From positions 608,001 to 672,000 of the forward strand of contig CAVVOP010000021.1 in assembly GCA_963749915.1 (NCBI GenBank): 64,000 nt of DNA, in the 5' to 3' direction. Origin of the DNA: an uncultured cyanobacterium (lineage in GTDB: Bacteria; Cyanobacteriota; Cyanobacteriia; Cyanobacteriales; Cyanobacteriaceae). Under the pieces are notes generated by a model. That model was not told the origin of the DNA. It saw nothing but the letters and a program-made list of their open reading frames with translations, and searched no databases. How positions within the stretch are numbered: position 1 is the stretch's first letter; the number at the start of each line of letters is the position of its first letter. Positions 10,565-21,391 of this stretch are shown piece by piece. The position numbers and the translations under genes are program-made.

Positions 10565-11065
10565 ATGGACATATCTAATGGTAGTTTAAATTGGATTGAT
10601 TGGGAAATTACCACGAAATTTAGCTTTAGCAAAGGATCGAATTGCAGTTTGAAAATTCCCCAACAGAAATATTTTCAAGTCAAAAGTGATTTGATTTATT
10701 TAAAGGAAGTATTGCGTCAGTTTGAATCGATAAGACAAAAATGGGTTACTCAAAAAGACTGGTTACTGTGTCAATTGGCTTTGGCAGAAGCCTTTACCAA
10801 TGCAGTGCGTCACGCACACAAAAACAAACCTTCAGAAACTCCCATCGACATAGAAATTAAAGTGACAGAAGAAGAAATAAACATCAAAATGTGGGATTAT
10901 GGACAGCCGTTTGAATTAACATCGGTATTAAAACCAACATCTTCCAGAAGGAATTTAGCCTCTGGGGGGAGAGGCATTGAGATTCTACTGAAAATCGCTG
11001 ATGAATTAAAATACGATCGTCTACCAGACAATCGTAATTGTTTATTGATTAAGAAAAATTTATGA
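10565..11065 (+). CDS. Anti-sigma factor/serine kinase (RsbW-like HATPase_c)
   Basis: LALAEAFTNAVRHAH, WDYGQPF and GGRGI boxes; start uncertain, may be downstream. Confidence 0.85.
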   Translation: MDISNGSLNWIDWEITTKFSFSKGSNCSLKIPQQKYFQVKSDLIYLKEVLRQFESIRQKWVTQKDWLLCQLALAEAFTNAVRHAHKNKPSETPIDIEIKVTEEEINIKMWDYGQPFELTSVLKPTSSRRNLASGGRGIEILLKIADELKYDRLPDNRNCLLIKKNL

Positions 11066-11231
11066 TCGACATCGATTTTCAGGGCACAAAAAGCCCCAAA
11101 GATTTTACTTGCGTAGTATTAATATTATACTACAAAAAACACATTGGCCAACAGAGTCAATTATGTTATTTTTAGTTAAACTAAAAATAATTCAAGATAA
11201 TTGATAATAAGACAAAAACATTAAACAAAAA

Positions 11232-12560
11232 ATGAAACCTGTCCGTATTAGTCGAATTATTCCTAATTCCATCGCCGCTGAAATGGGTTTTGAAATAGGA
11301 GATTCTCTTGTCAATATTAATGGAATGCCGCCGAGAGATTTGATAGATTATCAATTTTTGTGTGCCGATGAATTTTTAGAATTAGAGATAGTTGATAAGT
11401 GGGGAAAAAAGCATCTTTTAGAAATAGAAAAAGACTATGATGAAGACCTGGGTTTAGAGTTTGAAACGGCACTTTTTGACGGCTTAATTCAGTGTAATAA
11501 TAAATGTCCTTTTTGTTTTATTGATCAACAGCCTCAAGGTAAAAGAAAAACTCTTTATCTTAAAGATGATGATTATCGTCTTAGTTTTCTCTATGGTAGT
11601 TATTTAACTTTAACTAATTTGACTGAAAAAGAGTGGACAAGAATTGAACACATGCGGTTATCCCCTCTTTATGTATCAGTTCATGCTACTGAGCCAGAAA
11701 TTAGGAGTCGTTTACTAAAAAATCATCGCGCGGCGGAAATCAAACAACAATTAGCATGGTTTGAAGAAAAACGTTTACAAATTCACGCTCAAGTGGTAGT
11801 TTGTCCTAATATTAATGATGGTCAACACCTCGAAACGACTTTACTAGATTTATTCTCTTTCCATAATGGTGATATTCCTGCAGTTATTAGCACCGCTGTG
11901 GTGCCCGTAGGGTTAACGAAATTTCGACCTGACAAAGATGAATTAATCCCTGTTACCCGTGAAAAGGCCTTAGAAGTTATCGCCCAAGTGCAACAATTAC
12001 AGATAAAATTTAGGGAAAAATCGGGCTCAACTTTCACATGGTTAGCAGATGAATGGTTTTTGCTCGCACAATCGGAGTTACCACCAGAATCCCACTATGA
12101 AGATTATCCTCAAATTGGTAACGGTGTCGGTTCAATTCGTCAATTTATCAAGGAATTTTACACCATCGCTGATGACAAATTACCCTTAAAAATGTCATCG
12201 CAAAAAAGATTTACATGGATAGTGGGTAATGCCGTAGAAACTGCTTTTCAACCCTTAGTTAATCGACTTAATCAAGTTAAAAATTTAGAAGTTAATTTAG
12301 TAGCCTTAAATAGTCAATATTGGGGGCAAGAAATTACGGTAACTGGTTTGTTAACAGGGGAAGATTTACTTTATCATTTACCTAATCGTCATTTAGCCTC
12401 GGAAATTTTACTCCCTACCGTAATGTTAAAACATGATGAGCAAAAATTTTTAGATGATATTACTGTTGTGCAAGTGGAGGAAAAATTAGGCGTTATTATT
12501 CATCCTGTTAAAGATATTAATGATTTAATCAATAAACTTGTGGCAGGGGCAAAAGAATAG
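11232..12560 (+). CDS. TIGR03279-type radical SAM protein with PDZ and DUF512 domains
   Basis: N-terminal PDZ-like region, CNNKCPFCF, KDDDYRLSFLYG and ADEWF motifs. Confidence 0.9.
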   Translation: MKPVRISRIIPNSIAAEMGFEIGDSLVNINGMPPRDLIDYQFLCADEFLELEIVDKWGKKHLLEIEKDYDEDLGLEFETALFDGLIQCNNKCPFCFIDQQPQGKRKTLYLKDDDYRLSFLYGSYLTLTNLTEKEWTRIEHMRLSPLYVSVHATEPEIRSRLLKNHRAAEIKQQLAWFEEKRLQIHAQVVVCPNINDGQHLETTLLDLFSFHNGDIPAVISTAVVPVGLTKFRPDKDELIPVTREKALEVIAQVQQLQIKFREKSGSTFTWLADEWFLLAQSELPPESHYEDYPQIGNGVGSIRQFIKEFYTIADDKLPLKMSSQKRFTWIVGNAVETAFQPLVNRLNQVKNLEVNLVALNSQYWGQEITVTGLLTGEDLLYHLPNRHLASEILLPTVMLKHDEQKFLDDITVVQVEEKLGVIIHPVKDINDLINKLVAGAKE

Positions 12561-12622
12561 AGAATTATAAATGTCGCCTCCACTTTTATTTTTCTTTTCC
12601 GTTCCCCATTCTCCAGTTTTGA

Positions 12623-13231
12623 TTATTGATTAAATAAACGAAATACTCCTTGTACAACCCCTTGAATTTCCACTTGATCTCTGGGGACAGAAATATCTTC
12701 ATAATTAGGATTAGAGACTTTGAGAATTAGTTTCTCGTCGGTAAAATAAATTTTTTTTAATGTTGTACTGTACCCTCCCACTCGTGCGGCAACAATTTCC
12801 CCTTCTTTAACTTCCTCAATGTCAGAAACCGATCTCATGATTATATAGTCACCTCCGATAATTTTGTCTTCGATCATGCTATCTCCCAATACCTTTAAGG
12901 CAAAACAGTTAGATTGATGAAATAAAGAGTCAAAATCAATTTTTTCCTGTTCATCGGTAAAGGGTTCCACTAATCCTCCTGGGGTAATTTTCCCTAATAC
13001 AGATAATCCTTGATCATGATTCTTTAAAATCTTTAGAGTACGTGCTTGTCCTTCTGACCAGTCAATATAACCTTTCGTACGCATTTTCTCCAGACGACTT
13101 TGAATCGGGGCAGGCGATCGCAAATTCATGGCCTTCATCATTTCCCGAATAGAAGGAGAATGTTTATTAGTGTGAATGTACTGAATCAACCAATCATATA
13201 ACTGTTTTTGAGCCGGAGTTAAAGTTTCCAT
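12623..13231 (-). CDS. lexA: Transcriptional repressor LexA
   Basis: LTPAQ..PSIREM..SPAPIQSRL winged HTH, GDSM (catalytic Ser), TLKK (catalytic Lys). Confidence 0.93.
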   Translation of the reverse strand: METLTPAQKQLYDWLIQYIHTNKHSPSIREMMKAMNLRSPAPIQSRLEKMRTKGYIDWSEGQARTLKILKNHDQGLSVLGKITPGGLVEPFTDEQEKIDFDSLFHQSNCFALKVLGDSMIEDKIIGGDYIIMRSVSDIEEVKEGEIVAARVGGYSTTLKKIYFTDEKLILKVSNPNYEDISVPRDQVEIQGVVQGVFRLFNQ

Positions 13232-13292
13232 AGTTTCGCTATTAATTGAAGAAGTAATTGAGAATCAATATTCATTAATACTAATTTAACCT

Positions 13293-13306
13293 AGAACACT
13301 CGTACT
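13293..13306 (-). promoter_or_regulatory. Cyanobacterial LexA box upstream of lexA (autoregulation)
   Basis: Minus strand AGTAC-GAG-TGTTCT fits RGTAC-N3-DGTWCB, 61 bp upstream of the lexA ATG. Confidence 0.75.
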
Positions 13307-13329
13307 AAACAACTATTTTGATAAAATTG

Positions 13330-13923
13330 TTAATTACTCATTGCCAATTGCCAATGATCACCTTCATTAACTATCTTGGCAAGAGAACACAAGGAGGTTT
13401 TCATCTCCACATCATCACCTAGTAGACTTTTTCCGATACCGATGACGGAAATACTATGACCAATCAATAGTAAATTTCCCTCAAATTCGGCCGTTAATAG
13501 TTGAGCAATTTTTTTCATTCTCGTTAAAACCATTGCTTCAGTTTCAGGATATATTGGTATGATTTGCGATCGATAATCCCAATCAATACGAGGATAGATA
13601 CTTTCTAATTCTTCACGGGGATGAATAACAGGTTTTGCCGACATCCAGTCAGGATTATGCCATTCCCCTAAACCAGCTTCTAGTTTAATCTTTAAATCGA
13701 GTATTTCCCCTAAAATATGAGCGGTTTGAATTGTCCGTAAAAAAGGAGAAGCGATAATATGATTTATCGGCTCATCTTTTAACTTTCGTGCTAATTCTTG
13801 AACTTGAATTCTACCATCAAAAGATAAAGGCGGATCATAGCGTCTCAAAGCGGTATCAAACCACAGTGGATAAACAAAATCAAATCTATTACCGTGTCTA
13901 ACAATCCATAATGTTAAGGACAT
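13330..13923 (-). CDS. Histidine phosphatase family protein
   Basis: RHG, SPFLRTIQTA, GLGE and LIGH motifs. Confidence 0.9.
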   Translation of the reverse strand: MSLTLWIVRHGNRFDFVYPLWFDTALRRYDPPLSFDGRIQVQELARKLKDEPINHIIASPFLRTIQTAHILGEILDLKIKLEAGLGEWHNPDWMSAKPVIHPREELESIYPRIDWDYRSQIIPIYPETEAMVLTRMKKIAQLLTAEFEGNLLLIGHSISVIGIGKSLLGDDVEMKTSLCSLAKIVNEGDHWQLAMSN

Positions 13924-14107
13924 TATTTAACGTCTAATTTCAAATACAGCTTGGCAACCTTGATCAACCCAAATTCCATCTCCATCTTATCCCCATGTAT
14001 CTCCCAGACAATATCCAGAGTTACTAAGTTGACGCTTCATAACCACTCGATCACGACGATCAATATTTTGCGAATATGTTTTCCATGACTTATGTTTAGA
14101 AAAAGGA

Positions 14108-15865
14108 TTAGGTTTTAGAAGACGTCTCAGAATGAGGAGTTTCCATGATGTGAGTTTGCTGAGGAACGCCAATTTCGATACCGTTTGCTTCTAGTGCCTT
14201 TCTTACCCGAAAGCGAAATTCTCTACCCACAGACCAGTGTTCTCCCGGTGCAGTTTTGATCCAGGTGGTCAGAGATAATCCGCTGTGGGACACATTATCA
14301 ATACCCAAAACATCGGGAGGGGCTACAATTTTGCCGTGCCATTCTGGGTCGTCATAAAGTCCCTGAGCGGTCTGTTTTAAAACGGATAAGGCTTTCTCTG
14401 GATCTGTGTCATAGGCAACATCAATAGTAAAGTTAACCCGCGACCAGCTCCGTGTTAGGTTTTTCACGTCACGAATAATACTGTTAGGAATAGTAACCAG
14501 TTCACCGCCCCCACTGCGTAACTGGGTCACTCGCAAGTTGAGATTTTCCACTAAGCCTGCCGCCGTTCCCAAATCAACTACATCCCCGATGGCATATTGA
14601 TCCTCGGCTAAAATTAAGAAACCATTAACGAGATCATTCATCAAATTCTGCGAACCAAAGGAAATGGCTAAACCAAGTAAACCCCCAATGGCTAAAACAG
14701 ATCCAGTGGGAATTCCCAATATACTCAAAACTGCGAGAAGTCCTGTGGTCGCAATTATCACCGTAGCCAATCCTTTTACGGCACCGGCGATGGTTTCAGT
14801 CCGTAGTTTACTCCGCTGAGCGTCCCCTAAATGAATAAACCTCGTGAAATTATTATTTTCCCAACTAGTTCTTACTTTATCTATGAGGCCACGACTAAGA
14901 CGAATAGCTAGACCGGTGAAAAACCAGATAAGCAATAATTTGACGGGAATACCGAGAAAGCTATAGCGATATTGAGCAAGGATAGGAATCCGACTTAACA
15001 ACTGAAACAATCCAGTGTACCATCCCACAATCAACAGCCAGAATAGTAGCCATTGAAATAAATCTAACAGCCCTAATTGGCGATCCAAGGTGATAACATG
15101 CTGGAGTTTTTGCAAAAACTGGGAAAGTTTTTGAGACAACTGTTCTTCTTCGGACTCTAAGGAGGCATTTGAGACGGGATCATGTGGTGACTCAACAGAG
15201 GATGATTCTCTTAGTTCCTGTTTCCGTTTCCATAACGCTTTTTGTCGTTTTGACAACCCGTATTTCAGCGCAACGATAATGACTGTCAAGACAAGCAACC
15301 CCATGATAATTTTCAGAAGTGTAATTGGGTCTTGTTCCCACTTTTCGAGTCCACGTCGCAGATCTTTTTCCACAATTTCGCGCCACTTCTGGGCTAGTTC
15401 GTCAATAGGAATACCATTAATATCCGCATCTAAATCTGTCACTGATAACAGAACCAATGGACGGGTATATTTATCATCCCTAGCACTGATAATGGTTACA
15501 TTGTTCAACTGAGAAACTCCAACTATTAGGGTTTTTAAGTTCATGGGACGAAATATCGCAAATTGTAAACGTCCCCGTATCTGATCCGCACGATCTTCCA
15601 CCGGTAGATTTCCCCCCTCCTGATTACTACGATCGGACACAGTGGGAGAGGCGATGAGAAATAGTTCTCTTCCATCAACAGGAGACATTACATCAATCGT
15701 TTCAATATTGCCGTAGCGAGTGACATTAACAGGAGGTTTTTTACTGCTACTATTATTACCGTCAGGTAGAGAAAATTGGGCTTGGCTTTGATATCCTATT
15801 GCTAAAACAATACTACAGGACAAAGCTATCATTAAAAAAAAGCTGAGAATTCGTCTTAATTTCAT
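14108..15865 (-). CDS. MscS family mechanosensitive channel with large N-terminal domain
   Basis: SFGSQNLMNDLVNGFLIL, IGDVV, LVTIPNS and NLTRSWSR motifs. Confidence 0.9.
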   Translation of the reverse strand: MKLRRILSFFLMIALSCSIVLAIGYQSQAQFSLPDGNNSSSKKPPVNVTRYGNIETIDVMSPVDGRELFLIASPTVSDRSNQEGGNLPVEDRADQIRGRLQFAIFRPMNLKTLIVGVSQLNNVTIISARDDKYTRPLVLLSVTDLDADINGIPIDELAQKWREIVEKDLRRGLEKWEQDPITLLKIIMGLLVLTVIIVALKYGLSKRQKALWKRKQELRESSSVESPHDPVSNASLESEEEQLSQKLSQFLQKLQHVITLDRQLGLLDLFQWLLFWLLIVGWYTGLFQLLSRIPILAQYRYSFLGIPVKLLLIWFFTGLAIRLSRGLIDKVRTSWENNNFTRFIHLGDAQRSKLRTETIAGAVKGLATVIIATTGLLAVLSILGIPTGSVLAIGGLLGLAISFGSQNLMNDLVNGFLILAEDQYAIGDVVDLGTAAGLVENLNLRVTQLRSGGGELVTIPNSIIRDVKNLTRSWSRVNFTIDVAYDTDPEKALSVLKQTAQGLYDDPEWHGKIVAPPDVLGIDNVSHSGLSLTTWIKTAPGEHWSVGREFRFRVRKALEANGIEIGVPQQTHIMETPHSETSSKT

Positions 15866-16032
15866 GGAGATACTGGATAATTAGAGTTTGTTTTTACAAT
15901 ATTTGAGATAAATGAAAGTTAACGAACGTTAATTATCAAAGGCTTTCCATGCTCATGCTATCCTATGCTATCTTGTAAATCAAGTTAAAAGATAAAAAAG
16001 GGGGGTATTTTTTGGGAAACCTTGAAGTTAAG

Positions 16033-16273
16033 GGGTTTATGTTGTTAGTCAGCAAATTTTTACACTTAATAATCCAAGCTCTCCTACCCAGCCCAGAAAT
16101 CTGGAATTATTTTGCCCTATCTGCTGTCGATTGTCGGAACCATTGTTCTCTACATTCCTTGGATTATTACGTTGCTAACGGCAGGCGACCGCACCTTCGA
16201 GTCTTCAAATTGGATCCGTTCACCTGCCGATTTTCCCTATTTACTCAAGTTTTGGACATTGAGTTTTAGTTTT
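16033..16273 (+). pseudogene. Internal remnant of a GT39-like membrane glycosyltransferase gene
   Basis: Two frames give GVYVVSQQ.. and ..YLLSIVGTIVLYIPWIITLL..NW..YLLKFWTLSF, recalling cyanobacterial GT39 proteins; no start codon, frameshifted. Confidence 0.45.
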
Positions 16274-16287
16274 TTAACCGAACAGTA

Positions 16288-16316
16288 TTGACATTTTGTC
16301 CAATTTAAATTATAAT
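16288..16316 (+). promoter_or_regulatory. Perfect-consensus sigma70 promoter
   Basis: TTGACA (16288-16293), 17-nt spacer, TATAAT (16311-16316). Confidence 0.8.
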
Positions 16317-16321
16317 GGAAA

Positions 16322-16540
16322 TCGCAATCAAGTAGGGCTTAATACTCTCTGAACCTGATGGGGAGCCTAGTGGGCTGTGACCAGAATAAGTGTTTTCTTA
16401 TTTGACCGGTGAATTGTCTTCCGAAGGAGAGCGAGTAACCTAAAAAACCAAATATTTGGTGTATTCGAGCGTGTTTTAACCGGTTTAAACCGAGAGTCTT
16501 AGCTTATTTGTTGTCGCAACACAAGACATAAAGTTTATTT
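16322..16540 (+). ncRNA. Structured RNA/leader resembling an IS110-family non-coding end (bridge-RNA-like)
   Basis: No ORF; several hairpins (AGCCT/GGGCT, GAATAAG/CTTATTT, ACCAAATATTTGGT, TGTTG/CAACA); motif GAACCTGA..GGAGCCT.GTGGGCTG..ACCAGAATAAGTGT..CCGGTGAATTGTCT recalled from IS110 left ends. Confidence 0.4.
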
Positions 16541-16566
16541 CTCAAAGAAAAAGGAGTACGAAAACA

Positions 16567-16719
16567 ATGTTAGAAATGCACCAGAATTTAACAGAGGAAG
16601 ATCGCAAAAAAAACGAGTATTTAGATAAAATTAACCATGAACCGTGGCCCGTCATTTTTTTTGCTGGCATTATATTTATTTTTCTCTTCACTATATTAGT
16701 ACTCATTGGCGTTTTCTAG
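16567..16719 (+). CDS. Unannotated 50-aa single-pass membrane peptide
   Basis: AAGGAG RBS, ATG, MLEMHQNLTEEDRKKNEYLDKINHEPWPVIFFAGIIFIFLFTILVLIGVF, TAG. Confidence 0.7.
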   Translation: MLEMHQNLTEEDRKKNEYLDKINHEPWPVIFFAGIIFIFLFTILVLIGVF

Positions 16720-16960
16720 TACATCTCTCCCAGATGATGGATTGTCAAGAACTAAAAATAATTTAAGGGGAAGAGTCGTCAGCAAAGGCACGGAAAAACG
16801 GACTGGGTCAGAGTTGATTTATTATTCGCTTGACTTTAAGTGGGCATAACTCTGATGTGTTGGTCTTTATGCCGAACCTATGGCATCTCATTCGTTATGG
16901 TTAAAGAGAATATTTTATGTTGCACCAAAAATATCTAGAAAAAAATTAGGGAGAAAAGAG

Positions 16961-17176
16961 ATGTTTTTACAGACTAAGTCTAGTAAGGATTTAATCGAGG
17001 TTCTCGATCTGGAGAAATTATTCAATCCTTGTGGAAAACAATTTATGGGAAGATCTCATTGTGGGGAAGAAATGCAAGAGCCTCAGATGTATGACAAAGA
17101 GGAGATGACTTTTCCCTCTGGAGAAAATCTCCCTCGTTGTTGGTTGGAAAGTCAAAACTGTCTAAGAGAATTTTAG
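16961..17176 (+). CDS. Conserved small hypothetical protein
   Basis: MFL..DLIEVLD..GEEMQEP..FPSGENLPRCW motif; purine-rich RBS before ATG 16961. Confidence 0.8.
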   Translation: MFLQTKSSKDLIEVLDLEKLFNPCGKQFMGRSHCGEEMQEPQMYDKEEMTFPSGENLPRCWLESQNCLREF

Positions 17177-17207
17177 TTCACAACTAAATTACTGATTGGG
17201 GTAAAGG

Positions 17208-17259
17208 AAAGCCCCGCCATCGCGAATCTCCAGCATTCTCGGTGGGGTTTTCGTTTTTG
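17208..17259 (+). terminator. Hairpin/intrinsic terminator between convergent genes
   Basis: AAAGCCCCGCC...GGTGGGGTTTT stem followed by a T-rich run. Confidence 0.55.
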
Positions 17260-17290
17260 TCAAAGGGGGAAGTTCGGTAATAACAATGTT

Positions 17291-17521
17291 CTATTTTTGA
17301 ATTCTCTCAAACTGGGGAGTTTTATCCGTTAGTCCAAATTGAGTCATTACTTTAATTAAAACTACAGATACCGCTGCACCGATTATTAAACCTATTGTTA
17401 AAAGAATGATAAATAATTTTTGAAATTCTCGTTTTTTTTGAGGGGATATTTTTTCTAGTTCCTCTTGATCAATTTGTTGATTATTATTATCGTTATTGGG
17501 GTTAAAAAAAGGGTTATTCAT
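17291..17521 (-). CDS. Small hypothetical membrane protein
   Basis: One TM segment followed by FGLT..P. Confidence 0.7.
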   Translation of the reverse strand: MNNPFFNPNNDNNNQQIDQEELEKISPQKKREFQKLFIILLTIGLIIGAAVSVVLIKVMTQFGLTDKTPQFERIQK

Positions 17522-17605
17522 ATATCAATTTCCGCAAGGATTGGTAGAGTTAAATGGAAAAAAGGAACATGGAATTAACGATTATTCACTATACACTATA
17601 GACCA

Positions 17606-17649
17606 CAAAAAAAACCGCCTACTAAATAATTTCAGTAAACGGCTTTTTT
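17606..17649 (-). terminator. Probable terminator of rplY
   Basis: A-run, CCGCCTACT...AGTAAACGG, T-run imperfect hairpin. Confidence 0.5.
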
Positions 17650-17709
17650 GGCCTAACATTATTTTGAGTCTTGATAGATGCTTCTAAAGCCCTTTTATTG
17701 TTTATTGGT

Positions 17710-18273
17710 TTAGCCTTTTTTGCGGGGTGCAACAATGCCAATAATATTCTTATTAGGATCATCTAATACTTTAATGCCTTCAGAAAGAACCAAATTAGCC
17801 ACAGGGAAAGTTTTACCAATGTCAATGTTACTAATATCCATTTCTAAATATTGAGGAATATTAGTAGGCAGACAACGGACTTTAACCTCTGTTACCATTT
17901 GCTCCATAATACCACCTTGGGCAATACCGATGGAGTGACCCACAATTTTTAAGGGCACGACGACTTCTACCTCATTGTCTCCGGAAGGACAGAAGAAACT
18001 AATATGATGTAAATTACGTTTCCACGGGTGGGTTTGTACTTCTCTAATCAAGACTTTACCATTCCAATCAAGTTCGGGAATAGCTAAATCTACCAGAGTA
18101 TTGTTAACGGAAGCGTTTTTTAATAAGGTAATAGCTTCTTTATGACCCAATACTAAAGATATTGCCTCCGCACCACTATGACCATATAAATTAGCGGGAA
18201 TAAAACCTTCACGGCGTAATGCTCTAGGCTTACTACCTTCAGGTCTAGTCTTACATTCTAATGTTACTTCCAT
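17710..18273 (-). CDS. rplY: 50S ribosomal protein L25/Ctc
   Basis: [14 protein letters not shown] and [13 protein letters not shown] motifs. Confidence 0.95.
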   Translation of the reverse strand: MEVTLECKTRPEGSKPRALRREGFIPANLYGHSGAEAISLVLGHKEAITLLKNASVNNTLVDLAIPELDWNGKVLIREVQTHPWKRNLHHISFFCPSGDNEVEVVVPLKIVGHSIGIAQGGIMEQMVTEVKVRCLPTNIPQYLEMDISNIDIGKTFPVANLVLSEGIKVLDDPNKNIIGIVAPRKKG

Positions 18274-18381
18274 TTTACTTAGTTGATTTCCTTATAAGTT
18301 TGAATGTTGTTGGTGTTTCGAAAAAGAAATTAAATTACTATTAACTATAAAGACAATGGTAAGTTATACAAGGGGACTTAG

Positions 18382-19785
<1,404 letters not shown>

Positions 19786-19836
19786 TTATTAATTGACCAG
19801 TGGGGCAAACCCACACCTTTCTTTAAAAAGAACAGA

Positions 19837-20130
19837 TTAAAGATTCACCCATGCCTGAGTAGAAACATTTAAAAATCTTGAAAAACTTTTAGACTCCTCC
19901 AGGTCATCAAAAACAGTCAACTCTCTGGGCTTACAACGTCTCATTCTAACCACTATACCCTTAGCACCTTCTTCCTTTAAATCTTCAATATAACCGTATT
20001 GTCCGACAATAGCCTCTTTTGGGCTGAGAAAAGGTCCAAAATAATAAGTACATCTGGGGTTATCGGTACTAATTTCTAACCAACAAGCAAGTCCAACTAA
20101 GTCCAAAATTCTGATCAATAATTCTTTCAT
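19837..20130 (-). CDS. DUF1816 family protein
   Basis: WLEI.T..PRCTYYFGPF and GYIEDL motifs. Confidence 0.85.
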   Translation of the reverse strand: MKELLIRILDLVGLACWLEISTDNPRCTYYFGPFLSPKEAIVGQYGYIEDLKEEGAKGIVVRMRRCKPRELTVFDDLEESKSFSRFLNVSTQAWVNL

Positions 20131-20286
20131 GTGATTTTCCTAGGATTTGATTATTTTTAGTTTTTTTTGAATGATAGTCTATAATCCGGCTAACTAAAAT
20201 CTAATTGTGTAAGATTTTTACCTGTTGAGATTTATTTTTACTTTAGTGTTTGCTCATTGACAAGGGGTGATTTACCCCAATATTTT

Positions 20287-21147
20287 TTAATCAGACTTAT
20301 CTACAAGTTGCTGACGATATACTTCGTAAAGAAAAATCGCCGTCGCTACTGAAGCATTGAGACTAGGAGTTTTTCCTGCCATGGGAATCGACACTAAGAA
20401 ATCACAGGATTTTGCCGTTGATTGACTAATTCCTTTTTCCTCCGAGCCTATGACCAATCCTATCGCACCTTGCAATTTAGTTTTGTGTAAAACATTACCA
20501 CTATCTACTACAGTGCCATAAATCCAAAAACCGGCTTTTTTCAGTTCGGCGATCGCATTTTGTAAATTAACCACTCTAGCCACAGGGAAATATTCTAAAG
20601 CCCCTGCAGCAACTTTTTTTACTGTTGAAGTAACACTTACAGATCTTCGTTGAGGTATGACTAGGCCTTGCATACCTAAAGCCTCCGCTGTGCGAATAAT
20701 AGCACCTAAGTTATGGGGATCATTGATCCCGTCAGCTATAATGATTACCGGATTTTCACTATTAGCTTTTGCCTGAGTAATTAACTCAGGTAATTCTAAA
20801 TATTCATAAGGGGCGACGGTGGCGGCAACTCCCTGATGATTAGCACAATGAGTAATTTGATTGAGGCGATTATTCTCCACTACGTCAATTACTGTACCAT
20901 TGGCTTTGGCTTGAGGCAATAATGGTTCAAAACGGGGATCATAAAGCAGTTTTCCGATAATATAAAGGCGGTTTAATTGATGATTATTCTTTAGCGCCGC
21001 TAAGACAGGATGACAACCATAAATCAAATCTGGCGAATCGGTTTCGGTGTAAGCTTCCGGGGGGACAAATTCTCTTTCTTGATGAATTTTATGATAAGGG
21101 TTGATTTCTTTCTTTTTATGGGGTTTAGAAAAAGTTTTCGATTTCAT
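20287..21147 (-). CDS. rlmB: 23S rRNA (G2251-2'-O)-methyltransferase
   Basis: [22 protein letters not shown] and SLNASVA (SPOUT) motifs. Confidence 0.92.
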   Translation of the reverse strand: MKSKTFSKPHKKKEINPYHKIHQEREFVPPEAYTETDSPDLIYGCHPVLAALKNNHQLNRLYIIGKLLYDPRFEPLLPQAKANGTVIDVVENNRLNQITHCANHQGVAATVAPYEYLELPELITQAKANSENPVIIIADGINDPHNLGAIIRTAEALGMQGLVIPQRRSVSVTSTVKKVAAGALEYFPVARVVNLQNAIAELKKAGFWIYGTVVDSGNVLHKTKLQGAIGLVIGSEEKGISQSTAKSCDFLVSIPMAGKTPSLNASVATAIFLYEVYRQQLVDKSD

Positions 21148-21200
21148 GGGTGATGAGATAGATAATAGATAAATTTCCGTCACTGGTAAAGCCTGACTAT

Positions 21201-21236
21201 TTACTATAGATAAAATTACTATAGATAAAATTACTA
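21201..21236. repeat. 15-bp tandem duplication in the rlmB/hisH divergent promoter region
   Basis: TTACTATAGATAAAA x2 plus TTACTA. Confidence 0.85.
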
Positions 21237-21260
21237 ATAATTTTCAGCTAACAGTACTTT

Positions 21261-21295
21261 GTTGACACTCCACTGGAGAAATCCGAGTGATTCTT
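21261..21295 (-). mobile_element. IS200/IS605-type right-end hairpin remnant
   Basis: Minus strand AAGAATCACTCGG..CCAGTGGAGTGTCAAC resembles GAATC..GGAGTGTCAA ends. Confidence 0.45.
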
Positions 21296-21391
21296 CTATT
21301 TTAGGTTTTTTCAATGTCTTTATTTATTTTTTTAACAAGAATTATCTTGATTAAGTAATAATAATAAGGTGTTGTAATTGTGAGGCGAGAA

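Noticed and set aside
16012..16269. 85-aa ORF
   Set aside because: Protein-like signal lies in the other two frames (GT39-like remnant)
16340..16400. TPP or c-di-AMP riboswitch
   Set aside because: GAACCTGAT and GGGGAGCC..GGGCTG occur in the wrong order for TPP, and the 3' core elements of both riboswitches are missing
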